DNA of 53,348 nt, counting the filler, from Stramenopiles sp. TOSAG23-3 (Eukaryota): the NCBI GenBank assembly GCA_900128585.1. It is 4 parts of 4 records of this genome, joined end to end, with 100 filler letters (N's around TTAATTAATTAA, not from the genome) between each part and the next. Parts side by side here need not be neighbours in the genome. Positions count along the whole stretch, not along the records: positions 1 to 24,583 come from LT642302.1; 3 more parts are not named here. One strand, written 5' to 3'. A program made the position numbers and the translations under genes. Of this stretch, positions 11,173 to 21,513 are shown piece by piece (the stretch's first letter is position 1; every line of letters starts with the position of its first letter). The notes under the pieces were generated by a model, which was given only the letters and a program-made list of their open reading frames with translations, was not told the origin of the DNA and did no database searches.

Positions 11173-11796
11173 CTATCTACTCATTTCAATGGTTTCCACT
11201 CCACCTTTATTACTTTCAGCGTCAGGGCCTGGCATTTGAGCCGATTGATTTATGGCTAAGTTTTGCTGGTTGGGCATCGGCACCGCATTTACCGTCACAA
11301 TCGGCTGGCCTGCCATTTGCGGAACCATCATTGGCTGGCCGGGCATTTGCGGAACCATCATTGGCTGGCCGGGCATTTGCGGAACCATCATTGCATCTGA
11401 TACGCCGGTTGTGGCATGGGTTGCCCGGGCATCTGCAAGACTTGGCCGCCCTGGGTTACCATCACCTGTTGCTGTTGTGGGTAAGTTTGATGTGGCTGTG
11501 GGTATCCCTGCTGCTGGGCAGGAAACCCTGCTTGAAACTGGTTGTTTGCATTCGCTAAAAGTAGTTGAGCATCCTATTGTTAGTACGGTCGTTGTTGTAA
11601 AGTTGTATCATTATTTTGTGAAATGTCGTAACTTACGATTACCAGTGGTAGGATTCCAGCACACCACCGTGTATAAGTAGCCACAGTAACAGGCTAGGCA
11701 CATTTGTGGGCACGCGCACCCTTGCGCTTCATAAACTGCGCACGGGGGGCAGAAACATTTTAAACAAAACCCTGGGTCCTGATAGGTAGGAGGCAT
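11173..11796 (-). CDS. PLAC8-like Cys-rich membrane protein with Pro/Gln/Met-rich tail; one intron
   Basis: Exon 1 reads FCLKCFCPPCAVY...MCLACYCGYLYTVVCW. The intron has a GTAAGT donor (11636), a TACTAAC branch site (11579-11585) and AG acceptors at 11574 or 11555. The tail carries MMVPQMPGQP repeats, with a frame discontinuity near 11393. Confidence 0.65.
11302..11391 (-). repeat. 30-bp coding tandem repeat x3 (MMVPQMPGQP)
   Basis: Three near-identical copies of ATGATGGTTCCGCAAATGCCCGGCCAGCCA on the minus strand. Confidence 0.9.
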
Positions 11797-12148
11797 AGCA
11801 AAATTCCGTGTAGCGATGACACGCCGCGGACAAAAGTATAATAAAACGGCGGTGCGAGGAGGAACAAAACTACAGCCGGCTATAATGGTCTCGTCATTTC
11901 TTTTACGCCGTTCTTCTTTTTCATCCGAGAATGGACTTCCGTTTGCTTTTTCGTCCTATAATAAATTAATTGTTTCTAATCGTTTTTTTTAAACACCCAT
12001 CGATCGATCGATCGACCCACAACAAAAAAGAGAAAAAATAATAATAAAAATAATGATATGAAAAAATGAGATGATGTTTTTAATTTTCATGTTGATAGGT
12101 ATTTAAGAATACATCAAAATATATTCAAGTACAATACTAAAAAAAATT

Positions 12149-14303
12149 TCAACTTGTTTCTTCGTCTCCTTCCCATTCCAACCCCATCTGTTCAAACCGG
12201 TAGGTTTGGTGACGCTCTAGTAGTACGACAAACTGATGAATGTACTCGGTGCACGCTTCGGAGGGACCATTTATTTCTTTTGCCTCAAACGGGGGGCGCA
12301 TGCTCGGCATGTCCGCAACCGAGGACAGCCGGTTCTGAAGCGTTTTGAAGGCTGCGCTTTGCGGCAACAGCATCAGCATTCCGTACAAGGTCTTCATAAG
12401 GGCAAAGTGGCGCTCCGTCCCTTTCTCTAACATTTCTAATCGCACGTGGATGAATATCGGCGATTCGAGCAGCTGGACTAGTTTGTCCAACTGCATGAGG
12501 AACCCAACGCTGATTTCCGCCATCGCGAAGTTCGTGATGAGGACGCTTGCCAAGTCGTAGGCCTGGGCCAGGAAGCACAGGCTGAGGGCGGAGATGGGGC
12601 TGTGGCACCAAGAATTGTACAGGGTCGTGAACAAGGACCTCGACTCGTCCCGGTCGGCGCTCGAAATCTCGAACATTCCGTCGTTGTTGCTGTTCTTGGA
12701 CTTCTTCCTCTTGCCCTTTTTGCTGTTGCTGAAAAATCCGGCAGCGGCGGACGATGAAACCGCGGAGAGGGGTGTGGATGTGATGCCCTGGCACTTCTTC
12801 AGCTTCGCCCGCAAGGGGTCCAGCTCCGACGCCGTCAGGAGGATGATATTGAGCATCTGGACGATGACGGAGGCAAAGTTCAGGTCCTCGGTGCTCTCGA
12901 TGATGTGGGACAGCTCGCGGTACACGCGTTCGGGGGATAGCAGCATGCTCAGGTGGCGGAACACGAGGCTCCCGCGCTTCTGGAGCAAGTTCTGGTCCTT
13001 GGCAAAGAGGTTGTACACCTCCTTCAGGACTCGGCTGAAATTCTCGTGCCCGTTGTCCCGGCAAATCAGGGCAATGACCTGGATGTCGAGCACGACGATG
13101 TCGTCCGCGTCGTCGCTCAGCGTGCGGAGCAGGGCGTAGAAGTAGACGTCCATCTCGTCCGACATCTTTTGCGGCAGCTTCTTCAGGAGCATGGCGATCC
13201 ACGCCAGGGAGGCCAGGCGCGTGGGCTCGTTGTCGTTCAAAAGGTTCAGGGTCAGCTTCTCCAATATAGCTTTTAGGTCAATGTTGGCAGTGGTGTTCTT
13301 GACGACCTCCATCAGCGCCGCGTTGGCGTTCGACGCGTTCTCCTTGATCTCCGCGGCATTGTCGGAGATGCAGTGCAGCATCGCCTCCACCAGGATGGGA
13401 AAAAACGGAACCAGTTTCTCCTTCCCGATCGGCACAAACTCGTAAATCCAGTGCACTGCGGTGACGCGGTGAAACTCGTGCCGAGACTTGCACTGGCCCA
13501 CTAAAATGCTAATCATTCCGACGGAGCTCACCTCGCACGGGCCAAACTCGACGCTGTTCTCCTTTGCCTTGATGTCCTTCAAAAACTCGCCCAGGGCCAA
13601 ATCGGCGGCCTGGCGAATCTGTCGGTTCTTGTCGCTCAGCATGTTGAACAGCCCGTCCAGGAAGGTCGGCAGCCACTCGAGCATGTTTATCCCCGGGACG
13701 CTGTCGAGGGCGCTGATCCACATCACAAGGGTGTGCCGAATGTACGGGTTCGTCTGCGTTATGTACTTTTGGAGCAAGGGGATGAACGACGAGACGTCGA
13801 ACGAGTCGCACTCCGTCACTATGTCCTTCACGAGCCGGTCCAAGAGCTGGACCCCGTTCTTCACGTCAATGTTCACGTCCACGCACAACTTGCACAGGCC
13901 ATCAAAAATTTTGTTAAAGTACCGCAGCGTGTGCTCCCGGCACACCTTAACGATGTTGAACATGCTCTCGCACGCGTAATACCGGACGCGGCTCTCCGGG
14001 TCGTCGAAGCACTTGAAGACCGGCTCGACGAGCAGGTCCAGGTACACCTTCGCGTTGTCGATAAGGCCTATGGCGCAGGCGGCGAGCCCGATCAGCCCGC
14101 CCTTGCGATAGTTGGGAGACGGCGAACGGACGAACTCGTCCCCTAAAAATGTGATTAGCGCATTGATTTTTGCGACGTCCCCCCTTCTCAACAAGGGCTT
14201 TGATCAGGTTCTCAATGTCATGCGCCGCCGACTTTCTCCTCTCGTAGGAGTTTGCCCCAAGCTTCACTTCCACCTCCTTTGGCAAGATATCAGTGCTTTC
14301 CAT
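12149..14303 (-). CDS. VAC14: VAC14 homolog (PIKfyve/Fab1-Fig4 scaffold, HEAT repeats), with a 1-nt frame break at 14179-14184
   Basis: Hallmarks YERRKSAA.DIE, RKGGLIGLAA, DPESRVRYYACESMFNIVKV, VKNGVQLLDRLVKDIVTE, LNIILLTASEL, SWCHSPISALSLCFLAQAY, LDKLVQLLESPIFIHVRL, LYGMLMLLPQSAAFKTLQNRL. The N-terminus lies in ORF 13947..14303 and the body in ORF 12149..14194. Confidence 0.95.
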
Positions 14304-14333
14304 CGGTACGCACGTTCGTTCCCTTTTCTTTAA

Positions 14334-14390
14334 CTAAACAAACAAAAAGATTAAAACGTCAGCAACCGTTGTAAATATTGTCTTGCCTAC
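14334..14390 (-). other. probable 57-nt 5'-UTR intron of VAC14
   Basis: Minus strand AG|GTAGGC donor, GCTGAC branch site and TTTTTGTTTGTTTAG acceptor, about 30 nt upstream of the ATG. Confidence 0.55.
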
Positions 14391-15511
14391 CTTCGTTATT
14401 CCCTTTTCAAACTCCGTTCAACATTATTCATCAATCGTTTCCATGCTTTTTTTACTTTATAATATTCAAGATCACTTTGTCAATTATACAGTTATTAATA
14501 AATAAATAATTAATTAATTATTACAAACAACAGTGTACCTCGTATAAAAAAATCACACTCTATTTTTATTATCTTCTTCTTTCTTCTTTCTTCTTCTCAA
14601 ATTTCTTCTCTTCTTCTTCTTCTTCCTTATTAATATATAGTCATAGTAATGGACTACCCAGCGCTGCTGTGTAGTGTAGTATAATATTACAATAATAATT
14701 GTATTTTTTGGATACTTCTTCTTTCTTCTTCCTTTCTCAATGATGGTGTGTAGTGTACGGTGTAATAGGTTATTTTAATTTAAGAAAAAAGATAATAATT
14801 ATTAGTTTTATTGTTAGGGTTTTAAAGTAATCAATAAAAACTGTTATTATACAAGAGGGGTTAGGATTAGGGCGGGTGGGGTCACCTTTTTAACTGCTCC
14901 TTTTTTTTTTCTTTTTTTGGTTATGAATAGTCGTCTATTATAATTTAAATATACAGACTATTCTATTATATAATGTATTATAATTATGTAATATTTAGCT
15001 ATACAGAACGAGATGGTAAACGACGACCATTGTCAAACGTCAAACATAGATTTAAGAAGAAGAAGCGAAGTGAAGCGTCTGTTTTGGTTATTGTTTTAAT
15101 ACCTTACTATTTTATCAGATATAATTAACATCATTGTTTTAAGTGAAGAAGTCAGGTTTAAGTCCTTAATTTACGGTACAACAAAATGAAGCGATTTGCT
15201 GAATAACGGAACTGGTTGCACCTTGTTGTTGTTTGCTAATGTGCTGTAGAGTGTTGATATTATATTATAAAATAATAATAATAATAAAATAAAACACTTC
15301 TCTCCTCCTGTTCTTTTCTCTTCTCCTAGCTTATCAATTGTAAACGATTCCAGTTGCACTGCACGGCTGGCTCGTCAACGAATAAACTCTGGTTTTGTAA
15401 ACATTCGAAGAACAAACACGCCGTTACACCCTGTGTCAAATTCAAAATACTTTCATAATAGCGTGGTTCGCACCGTGCTGGAATTGTAGGGCATATCTCG
15501 TGCCGCCAGAC

Positions 15512-18500
15512 ATGTCAACCGTGCGTGTCGTCGAAGAGCTACGGCGAAGCAAGCGCTCGTCGCCGTCCTTCCCGGACCGTCGCTCTCCAACGAGCAAGGC
15601 AACGCGGCGTGGCAAAAAAGGAACGTCTGGAAAATCTGGCAAGAAGGCAATGACCCCATCGCTGAGGGATTACCTTGACAGACCCGAGATAATCGCGAAC
15701 ATTATGGAGCTTACCCCAGTCTCGCCCGTCGTGGACGTGGCGGTGCCCGCCCCGAGACTATCCAGGCCAACGTCAACAAGCAGCCATGCTAACAGCACTT
15801 TTGAAGAGACGCTGTTGTCGCACGATCGACAGCAGCTCACGGCAACAGTCTTGGGAACACCATTAATAGATTTAGCAGAGCCTAAGTTGCACTCTCAGGC
15901 CCACTCAGGAAATCCTCCGCGAACCGAGCAGGTCAATGTACAGACGGGGGGCAAGAAAGGCATACTTTTGGGCAACGGGCTACAACCTCCCGTATTTTCT
16001 ACAATGTCCCACGCGATGAAGAAGAAAGTTGCACGTTTGCCGGACCCAAACGAGTTCGAGCAAAAGTGTTTGGACACGTTCGAGAAACGTTTTATAAAGG
16101 GCCAAGTGGACTTGTCCTTAGAAAGCCCTATGCTGTACAGTGGTCTCAAGAAGGGGGTGAAGGTTGCGCGAAGGCGCAAGCACAGCGGCAAGGACTTGGC
16201 GGCGTCCCGAAGCCTCTTCAAACGAAAGAAAAAGCCCCAGGCGTCGGTCCCGAAAATGCCCAGCCCGTCCAAGGCGCAAGCCAAGCCATCAGAAAATGAG
16301 GGCAAGGCCGCTGCCACGAAGGCAGCTGAAGAGACTGAGGGCGAGGTCTCGGGGCGGGAGAAAGAAGAAACCGACGGTCCGCCAACCGAGGGGGGGGCGG
16401 CGCCGAACGTCGCAGTCGCCGCGCCCTCGGGAGACAGTCAAGTCGCATCGCCCCCTGAAAACAGAAAGAAACTTAAAACGGCCAACAGCGACAGAATTTT
16501 TGAAGAAATCGACGCGTCTCAGCCAACCGTAGCGTATGGGGAAGACTACCGAAACGACCGGTTTTCCATTCCGCTAGACCGGGGTGCGGGTCCGCCAAAG
16601 CTAACCCCACCGCACGAGGAGCTCGTCGTTCAGCACTACGAAGACGAAATGAAAAAGTTGACGGGGGAGCTCGGCGATATTGAACGACAAAACGAGTTGG
16701 AGAACCGTGGGCTCAAACGCTTGGTAAAGGTACAGAAAGTTCGTGTTCTGGCGTTTCAGGACAAGGAACACGAAGAGACGAAAATGTCGTTCGACACTGT
16801 TGGGGAAACAATCCAAAAAATCGACGACACGATCGAGCAGAAACTCAAAGAGGCACGGGACTCCCTTCCAGACAATTTCTTGTTTGAACACGGCCTTGGG
16901 AAATTCGTGAAAGAGCGAGGTGCAAACACTGTCCTGAAGTGTTTTCGAAGGCTTCAGAACCAGCTGTTGCACACGGGGATGGAGCACTGGCAAAGTTTTC
17001 TGAAAATGGAAAGGCACGCCGAAAAGGTGTGGGCCACAATCGTGCTCCAGAAAATTGCCAGGGGGTTCCTTGCACGGTTGGAAATGGAGCTGATCCGAAA
17101 AGAAAAGATTATACAAGACGAGCGGGAGCACGACCGGCTGGCCCGGCTGTTCAAGCTGAGGTACGACTCGGCGGTCTACATCCAGAAAATGTACCGCGGA
17201 AAACTTGGGAGGCGCTTTGTTAGGAACCAGTACCTGCGAATCGAGTCGGCGCTGGTAATCCAGAGGTTCGTTCGGTACACGCAGTCAAAGTTTTTGCTGC
17301 TCATGAAGCGCGCCATGTGGCTGCGAAAGAATGGCGCCGCCACGATCATCCAGTGCTGCTGGCGGGGCATGAAGGGTAGGTACAGGGCAAGGATTGTTCG
17401 CAAAATTCGTCGGGCAGAGAAAATGGTTGAGTGGGAAGAAGAGAAACACTTTGTGCTACAGGATGCGTTCAAGAAAGAGGGTGCCGCAGTGCAAATCCAG
17501 TACTGGTGGATCATGGTCAGGCTTCGCCATGAATTCCTTCGAATGAGAAAGCTGTTGAAGCGAAGGCGCGTTTCGGTGCTCCAGAGGGCGTACCGCTGCT
17601 ACCGTGCGCGCGTTCGGGCGGCGGAGCTACGGGCGATCCGCGACGAAAAGCTTGCAAAGGACAACGCTGCGGCCCTGACGATCCAGAAGGCCTGGCACCG
17701 CAAGCGAGCATACATGAGAGTGCGAGCCAAGCTGCGGCGGATAGAAGAGGAGAAGGCCAAGCACTTGGAGAAGCTGAAGCACCAGGGGGAGGAGAGGAAA
17801 ATTCACCTGAAGATTCTATCCGACATTACGGGCGACCCCATTGACATCAACATGACGACGGTGCACCGAAAATTATTTCATCTGAGAAAAATGCTGAACC
17901 CGTTCGAGAAAGCCCGGGAGGAGAAGGCAGCGCTGAAACTTCAAAAGTGCTTTCGCGGAATGAGGGCTCGCAAGCGCTTGGGCGGCAACAGGCAGAAGCA
18001 CCATTTGGAGTACCGGCGAAACTTGAAGCTCAAGAGGCTGGAGGCGAGCAAGACCATCCAGCGGTTCTGGCGCGGCTTGGTCGGGCGGCGATTGTTTCTG
18101 AAAGCCCGAAGGATTCGCATGGCAATACGGGTCCAGGCGCGCTTTCGTGGGTGGAAAGGCCGCCAGCTCGCCCTTGCACGCGGGATTCAATGGTACGCTG
18201 CAATCCGAATCCAGGCGTCTTTCCGTGGGTACTACCAAAGGATCCACTTTCAGGAGTACGTCCGGCAGACAAAACTGACCATCCGTTCCGCCACTACAAT
18301 AGAGCGCATTGCGCGGGGCTTCATCTGCCGAATGCACTACGAAAAGGAACTGGAGCGGCAGCGCTGGCTGAGCGAGCTGCGCATGCGGGGGCGCACCGAG
18401 CTGCAGGCCTGTGCGCTGCTTGCGCGCGACCACTTGCTGCTGAAGGAAGCCAAAAAGTCAAAAAAATTCAAGGGTGCCACGCAGGCGCTGTTCCACAAAC

Positions 18501-20836
18501 TTTGCGAAATGTCCAGGTCCAAGGAGGGCATAAGCAATTCGATGTTCCTGAAGCTTGGGAAAGAGTGCGGTTTTGTAGACAACCGAAGGGTAAAGCTGAA
18601 CACGCTGGACTTGGCGATATCGAAGGCAAAGGGGAACAGCAAAACAAACGGAACGGGAACGGGCGCCGGGAACCTGACCTACCCAGAGTTCGCGTTTGCG
18701 CTTCGGTATTTGGCCGACACCAGGTACAAGAAGACTGAGGCGGTCCGAAGGCAAACGGGCAGTGACGCGAGAATGGTCAAGTTCTGCTTTGCCCACATTT
18801 TGACGGACGGCACGGGCGACGCGAAGATGAAGCGGCAGCACTTGAAGAAGCACATTCCAAAGTGGGTCCACCCCTTTTGCAAGCGAATGGACGAGCTGCA
18901 GGACGAGTACTTGGGCCTATACGCGCGAAAAATTCAGGGACACATTCGCGGGGATATTGGGAGAAACATGTACGCGGCGGCAAAGGTTAGAATCAAGAAG
19001 GAGCGGGAGCGCGCGAAAATGATCCGGGCGTCCCTCATGATATCGAAGCATCAGCGCATTCGCAAAGCGAAGCGGGTGCTGGCGAACATGGCGGGCCAGA
19101 TTATTCAAAAGTACGTCGACCCCAAGACGGGATTCTTCTACTACTACAACCCGAGGACAGGGCACCGGTCGGTAAAGAAGCCAGAAATTCTGGGCAGCCA
19201 AGACGTGGCAAAGCCGTTCGAGCTCCCGGACAAGCACACCGAATACGTCGTCCTGTGTGCCAACTGCTCCACAAAGAGCGCAAAAGTGTTCTGCGAGCCC
19301 TGCGGGGACGCGTACTGCAATGACTGCTTCACCACGCTGCACTCGAAAGGGAAAAAAGCGTCTCACCACAGGGACAAAATGCCGATGTGCTCCTACTGCG
19401 AGTACCAGGCCGCGACGCGCTATGACCGATTTCACAAACAGTTTTGCGACTCTTGCTACGACTACCAGTACGAAGACACCATGCAGGCCAAGACGTACAC
19501 CCACATCGTTCTGCCGTGCTGCGAGTGCAACGCCCGCGCGTGCAAGTGGCGCTGCAAAGAGTGCGAGGACGTGTTCTGCACGCCGTGCTTTGGAAAAATT
19601 CACAGCTCCGGGAAACGGGCGCTTCACACGAACATTCCCCTGACATACTACACTGTCAAAATGGAGAGTCAGCGACTGGCAATGGAGAGGGAGGCAAAGC
19701 GCAAGATTGCGGCCGCAGAGGAAGAGAGCAGGATGGGGATCGTTCGCCAGGAGAAGCTGGAGTACATTGCGCGGAAACTGCAGGCACTATGGCGTGGCAG
19801 GCAGGGCCGGGCCGAGGGAAAGGCGTACTTGAAGGTGGAGCGAAAGAAGATGAGGCACCATTACCGCCAATCGAAGGTGGACAACAACACAAAGAAGACG
19901 GCAAAGTACATGGCGGCCAGTATCTTTGGGGTAGAGGAAATCCTAGAGACAGACACTCCGCGAACCAGGGCGCGTAAAGAGAGGGCGCTCTTGAGGGACC
20001 CTACCAAGGCCCTAAAGCACTTAAACGAGCACGCCTTTGAGTTCCAAATAAAGGAGGAGGGGAAGCTCCTGCCTCACTTAGTCAACGTTTACCCTCAGGA
20101 GGTTGAGTTCGAAACGCTGGGCGATTTGCGGGACCACTTAAAGCCGGGCGACCGTGTACGCATCGGCGTTGCGGACTCGTACGTCATCAACGTGGAGTCC
20201 GACGTGGACCCCGACAAGGACGAGGAGGAAAAGAGCGGGCGCAAGTACACCCACCAGTTCATGTGTTTGGACCGTCCCTGGGCCACCGAAAAACTCCTCA
20301 ACACGAAGATCTACAAGTTGCGGCCGCCGCCGAGAAAGATTGGGCTGAACGCGGAGCTGAAAAAGCTGGCGATGGAGAAAACAAAAGGGCTGCGGGGGGT
20401 GTACAGCGAGAGCACCGGGGCGTTTTTTGGAAAGCTGTCGAACGCGGCCGCCACGGTGGGAAAGGCGACCGGGATTGGCATGGCAAAGAAGGCGGCAGAT
20501 TTTTACAAGAACACAGCCGATCGAGCCATTAGCCACTCCCTGCAGCCCGAGCGTACCCCTGGGGCATTCGAAAAGGAGCGCCGCTACTGGACCGAGAACG
20601 ACAACGGGGACGGAACGTTCTACTACTACAACAGGATTACCGACGAAACCACGTGGGAGAAACCAGAGTGTCTGCTGAACGCCGCGGAGATGAAAGAGTT
20701 CAAGAAGAAGGAGGCCGAGAAGAAGGCCAGGGAGGACGAAATCGCCGCTCAGAAGCAAATGCTCGAGTTCAAGAAGGCACAGCGAGAAAAGGCCAAAGCA
20801 GGTCGGGGCGGCAGGGGAAAAGGTCGCCGGCGGTAA
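15512..20836 (+). CDS. large IQ-motif / p25alpha(TPPP)-like / WW / B-box protein
   Basis: Many IQ motifs (LQKIARGFLAR, IQKMYRGKLGR, IQCCWRGMKGR, IQRFWRGLVGR, VQARFRGWKGR, IQASFRGYYQR). A p25alpha-like segment (ISNSMFLKLGKECGFVDNRRVKLNTLDLAISKAK...LTYPEFAFAL). WW domains (YVDPKTGFFYYYNPRTG..KP; WTENDNGDGTFYYYNRITDETTWEKP). B-boxes (CANC..CEPCGDAYCNDCFTTLH; CCEC..CKECEDVFCTPCFGKIH). First ATG at 15512. Confidence 0.88.
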   Translation: MSTVRVVEELRRSKRSSPSFPDRRSPTSKATRRGKKGTSGKSGKKAMTPSLRDYLDRPEIIANIMELTPVSPVVDVAVPAPRLSRPTSTSSHANSTFEETLLSHDRQQLTATVLGTPLIDLAEPKLHSQAHSGNPPRTEQVNVQTGGKKGILLGNGLQPPVFSTMSHAMKKKVARLPDPNEFEQKCLDTFEKRFIKGQVDLSLESPMLYSGLKKGVKVARRRKHSGKDLAASRSLFKRKKKPQASVPKMPSPSKAQAKPSENEGKAAATKAAEETEGEVSGREKEETDGPPTEGGAAPNVAVAAPSGDSQVASPPENRKKLKTANSDRIFEEIDASQPTVAYGEDYRNDRFSIPLDRGAGPPKLTPPHEELVVQHYEDEMKKLTGELGDIERQNELENRGLKRLVKVQKVRVLAFQDKEHEETKMSFDTVGETIQKIDDTIEQKLKEARDSLPDNFLFEHGLGKFVKERGANTVLKCFRRLQNQLLHTGMEHWQSFLKMERHAEKVWATIVLQKIARGFLARLEMELIRKEKIIQDEREHDRLARLFKLRYDSAVYIQKMYRGKLGRRFVRNQYLRIESALVIQRFVRYTQSKFLLLMKRAMWLRKNGAATIIQCCWRGMKGRYRARIVRKIRRAEKMVEWEEEKHFVLQDAFKKEGAAVQIQYWWIMVRLRHEFLRMRKLLKRRRVSVLQRAYRCYRARVRAAELRAIRDEKLAKDNAAALTIQKAWHRKRAYMRVRAKLRRIEEEKAKHLEKLKHQGEERKIHLKILSDITGDPIDINMTTVHRKLFHLRKMLNPFEKAREEKAALKLQKCFRGMRARKRLGGNRQKHHLEYRRNLKLKRLEASKTIQRFWRGLVGRRLFLKARRIRMAIRVQARFRGWKGRQLALARGIQWYAAIRIQASFRGYYQRIHFQEYVRQTKLTIRSATTIERIARGFICRMHYEKELERQRWLSELRMRGRTELQACALLARDHLLLKEAKKSKKFKGATQALFHKLCEMSRSKEGISNSMFLKLGKECGFVDNRRVKLNTLDLAISKAKGNSKTNGTGTGAGNLTYPEFAFALRYLADTRYKKTEAVRRQTGSDARMVKFCFAHILTDGTGDAKMKRQHLKKHIPKWVHPFCKRMDELQDEYLGLYARKIQGHIRGDIGRNMYAAAKVRIKKERERAKMIRASLMISKHQRIRKAKRVLANMAGQIIQKYVDPKTGFFYYYNPRTGHRSVKKPEILGSQDVAKPFELPDKHTEYVVLCANCSTKSAKVFCEPCGDAYCNDCFTTLHSKGKKASHHRDKMPMCSYCEYQAATRYDRFHKQFCDSCYDYQYEDTMQAKTYTHIVLPCCECNARACKWRCKECEDVFCTPCFGKIHSSGKRALHTNIPLTYYTVKMESQRLAMEREAKRKIAAAEEESRMGIVRQEKLEYIARKLQALWRGRQGRAEGKAYLKVERKKMRHHYRQSKVDNNTKKTAKYMAASIFGVEEILETDTPRTRARKERALLRDPTKALKHLNEHAFEFQIKEEGKLLPHLVNVYPQEVEFETLGDLRDHLKPGDRVRIGVADSYVINVESDVDPDKDEEEKSGRKYTHQFMCLDRPWATEKLLNTKIYKLRPPPRKIGLNAELKKLAMEKTKGLRGVYSESTGAFFGKLSNAAATVGKATGIGMAKKAADFYKNTADRAISHSLQPERTPGAFEKERRYWTENDNGDGTFYYYNRITDETTWEKPECLLNAAEMKEFKKKEAEKKAREDEIAAQKQMLEFKKAQREKAKAGRGGRGKGRRR

Positions 20837-21513
20837 ACGGTAATTGTAGATGGAGGCTGGGAGGGAAGTGGTGCCACAGAATGGAACTGTTGCACGAATG
20901 CATGATGAAATTGAAGGAAGAAGAAGAAAAAATTCATGAATTAATTATAATGCTATTCTTCCTACATTATATATTACAGCATATATTTGTAAGGTATATA
21001 AAATATTTAAATCTATATCTACTATATATTATGCTGTCTTTTATATAAATAGTTTTCATTATATATTATAATCCTTAACTACTAATCAATTGGATTTCTG
21101 TTTTTTTTGTGGTCTTCCACTGCTTGATTTTTTTATTTTTTAAGGTAATGTGATGCTGTGATCATGTTAATTATTTGGGTGGTGGGTGGTGGGTAAATAA
21201 ACAAAACCCACACAATACTATTCCTATGTGTATTTGTAGAGATAATTAGATTGATAAATAAACAAATATCCTTCTTCTCGCTCCATATTATAATACTCTA
21301 CACTATTACTATATATAATAATACTTGTACACCAAAAAAAAATTGAAGAAGAAAATCTGCTGCCCGCCCCAGATGAACAAACAGATCGCCCCGCCCCGTC
21401 TATTTAAAAATGAAACATTACGTGTTTACCACGCCGATAGAATTATTTACTTTACACGAATTTTCTCGACACAAAGTACCGTAAGCATTTGTGATACCTT
21501 AAGAAATACAACA

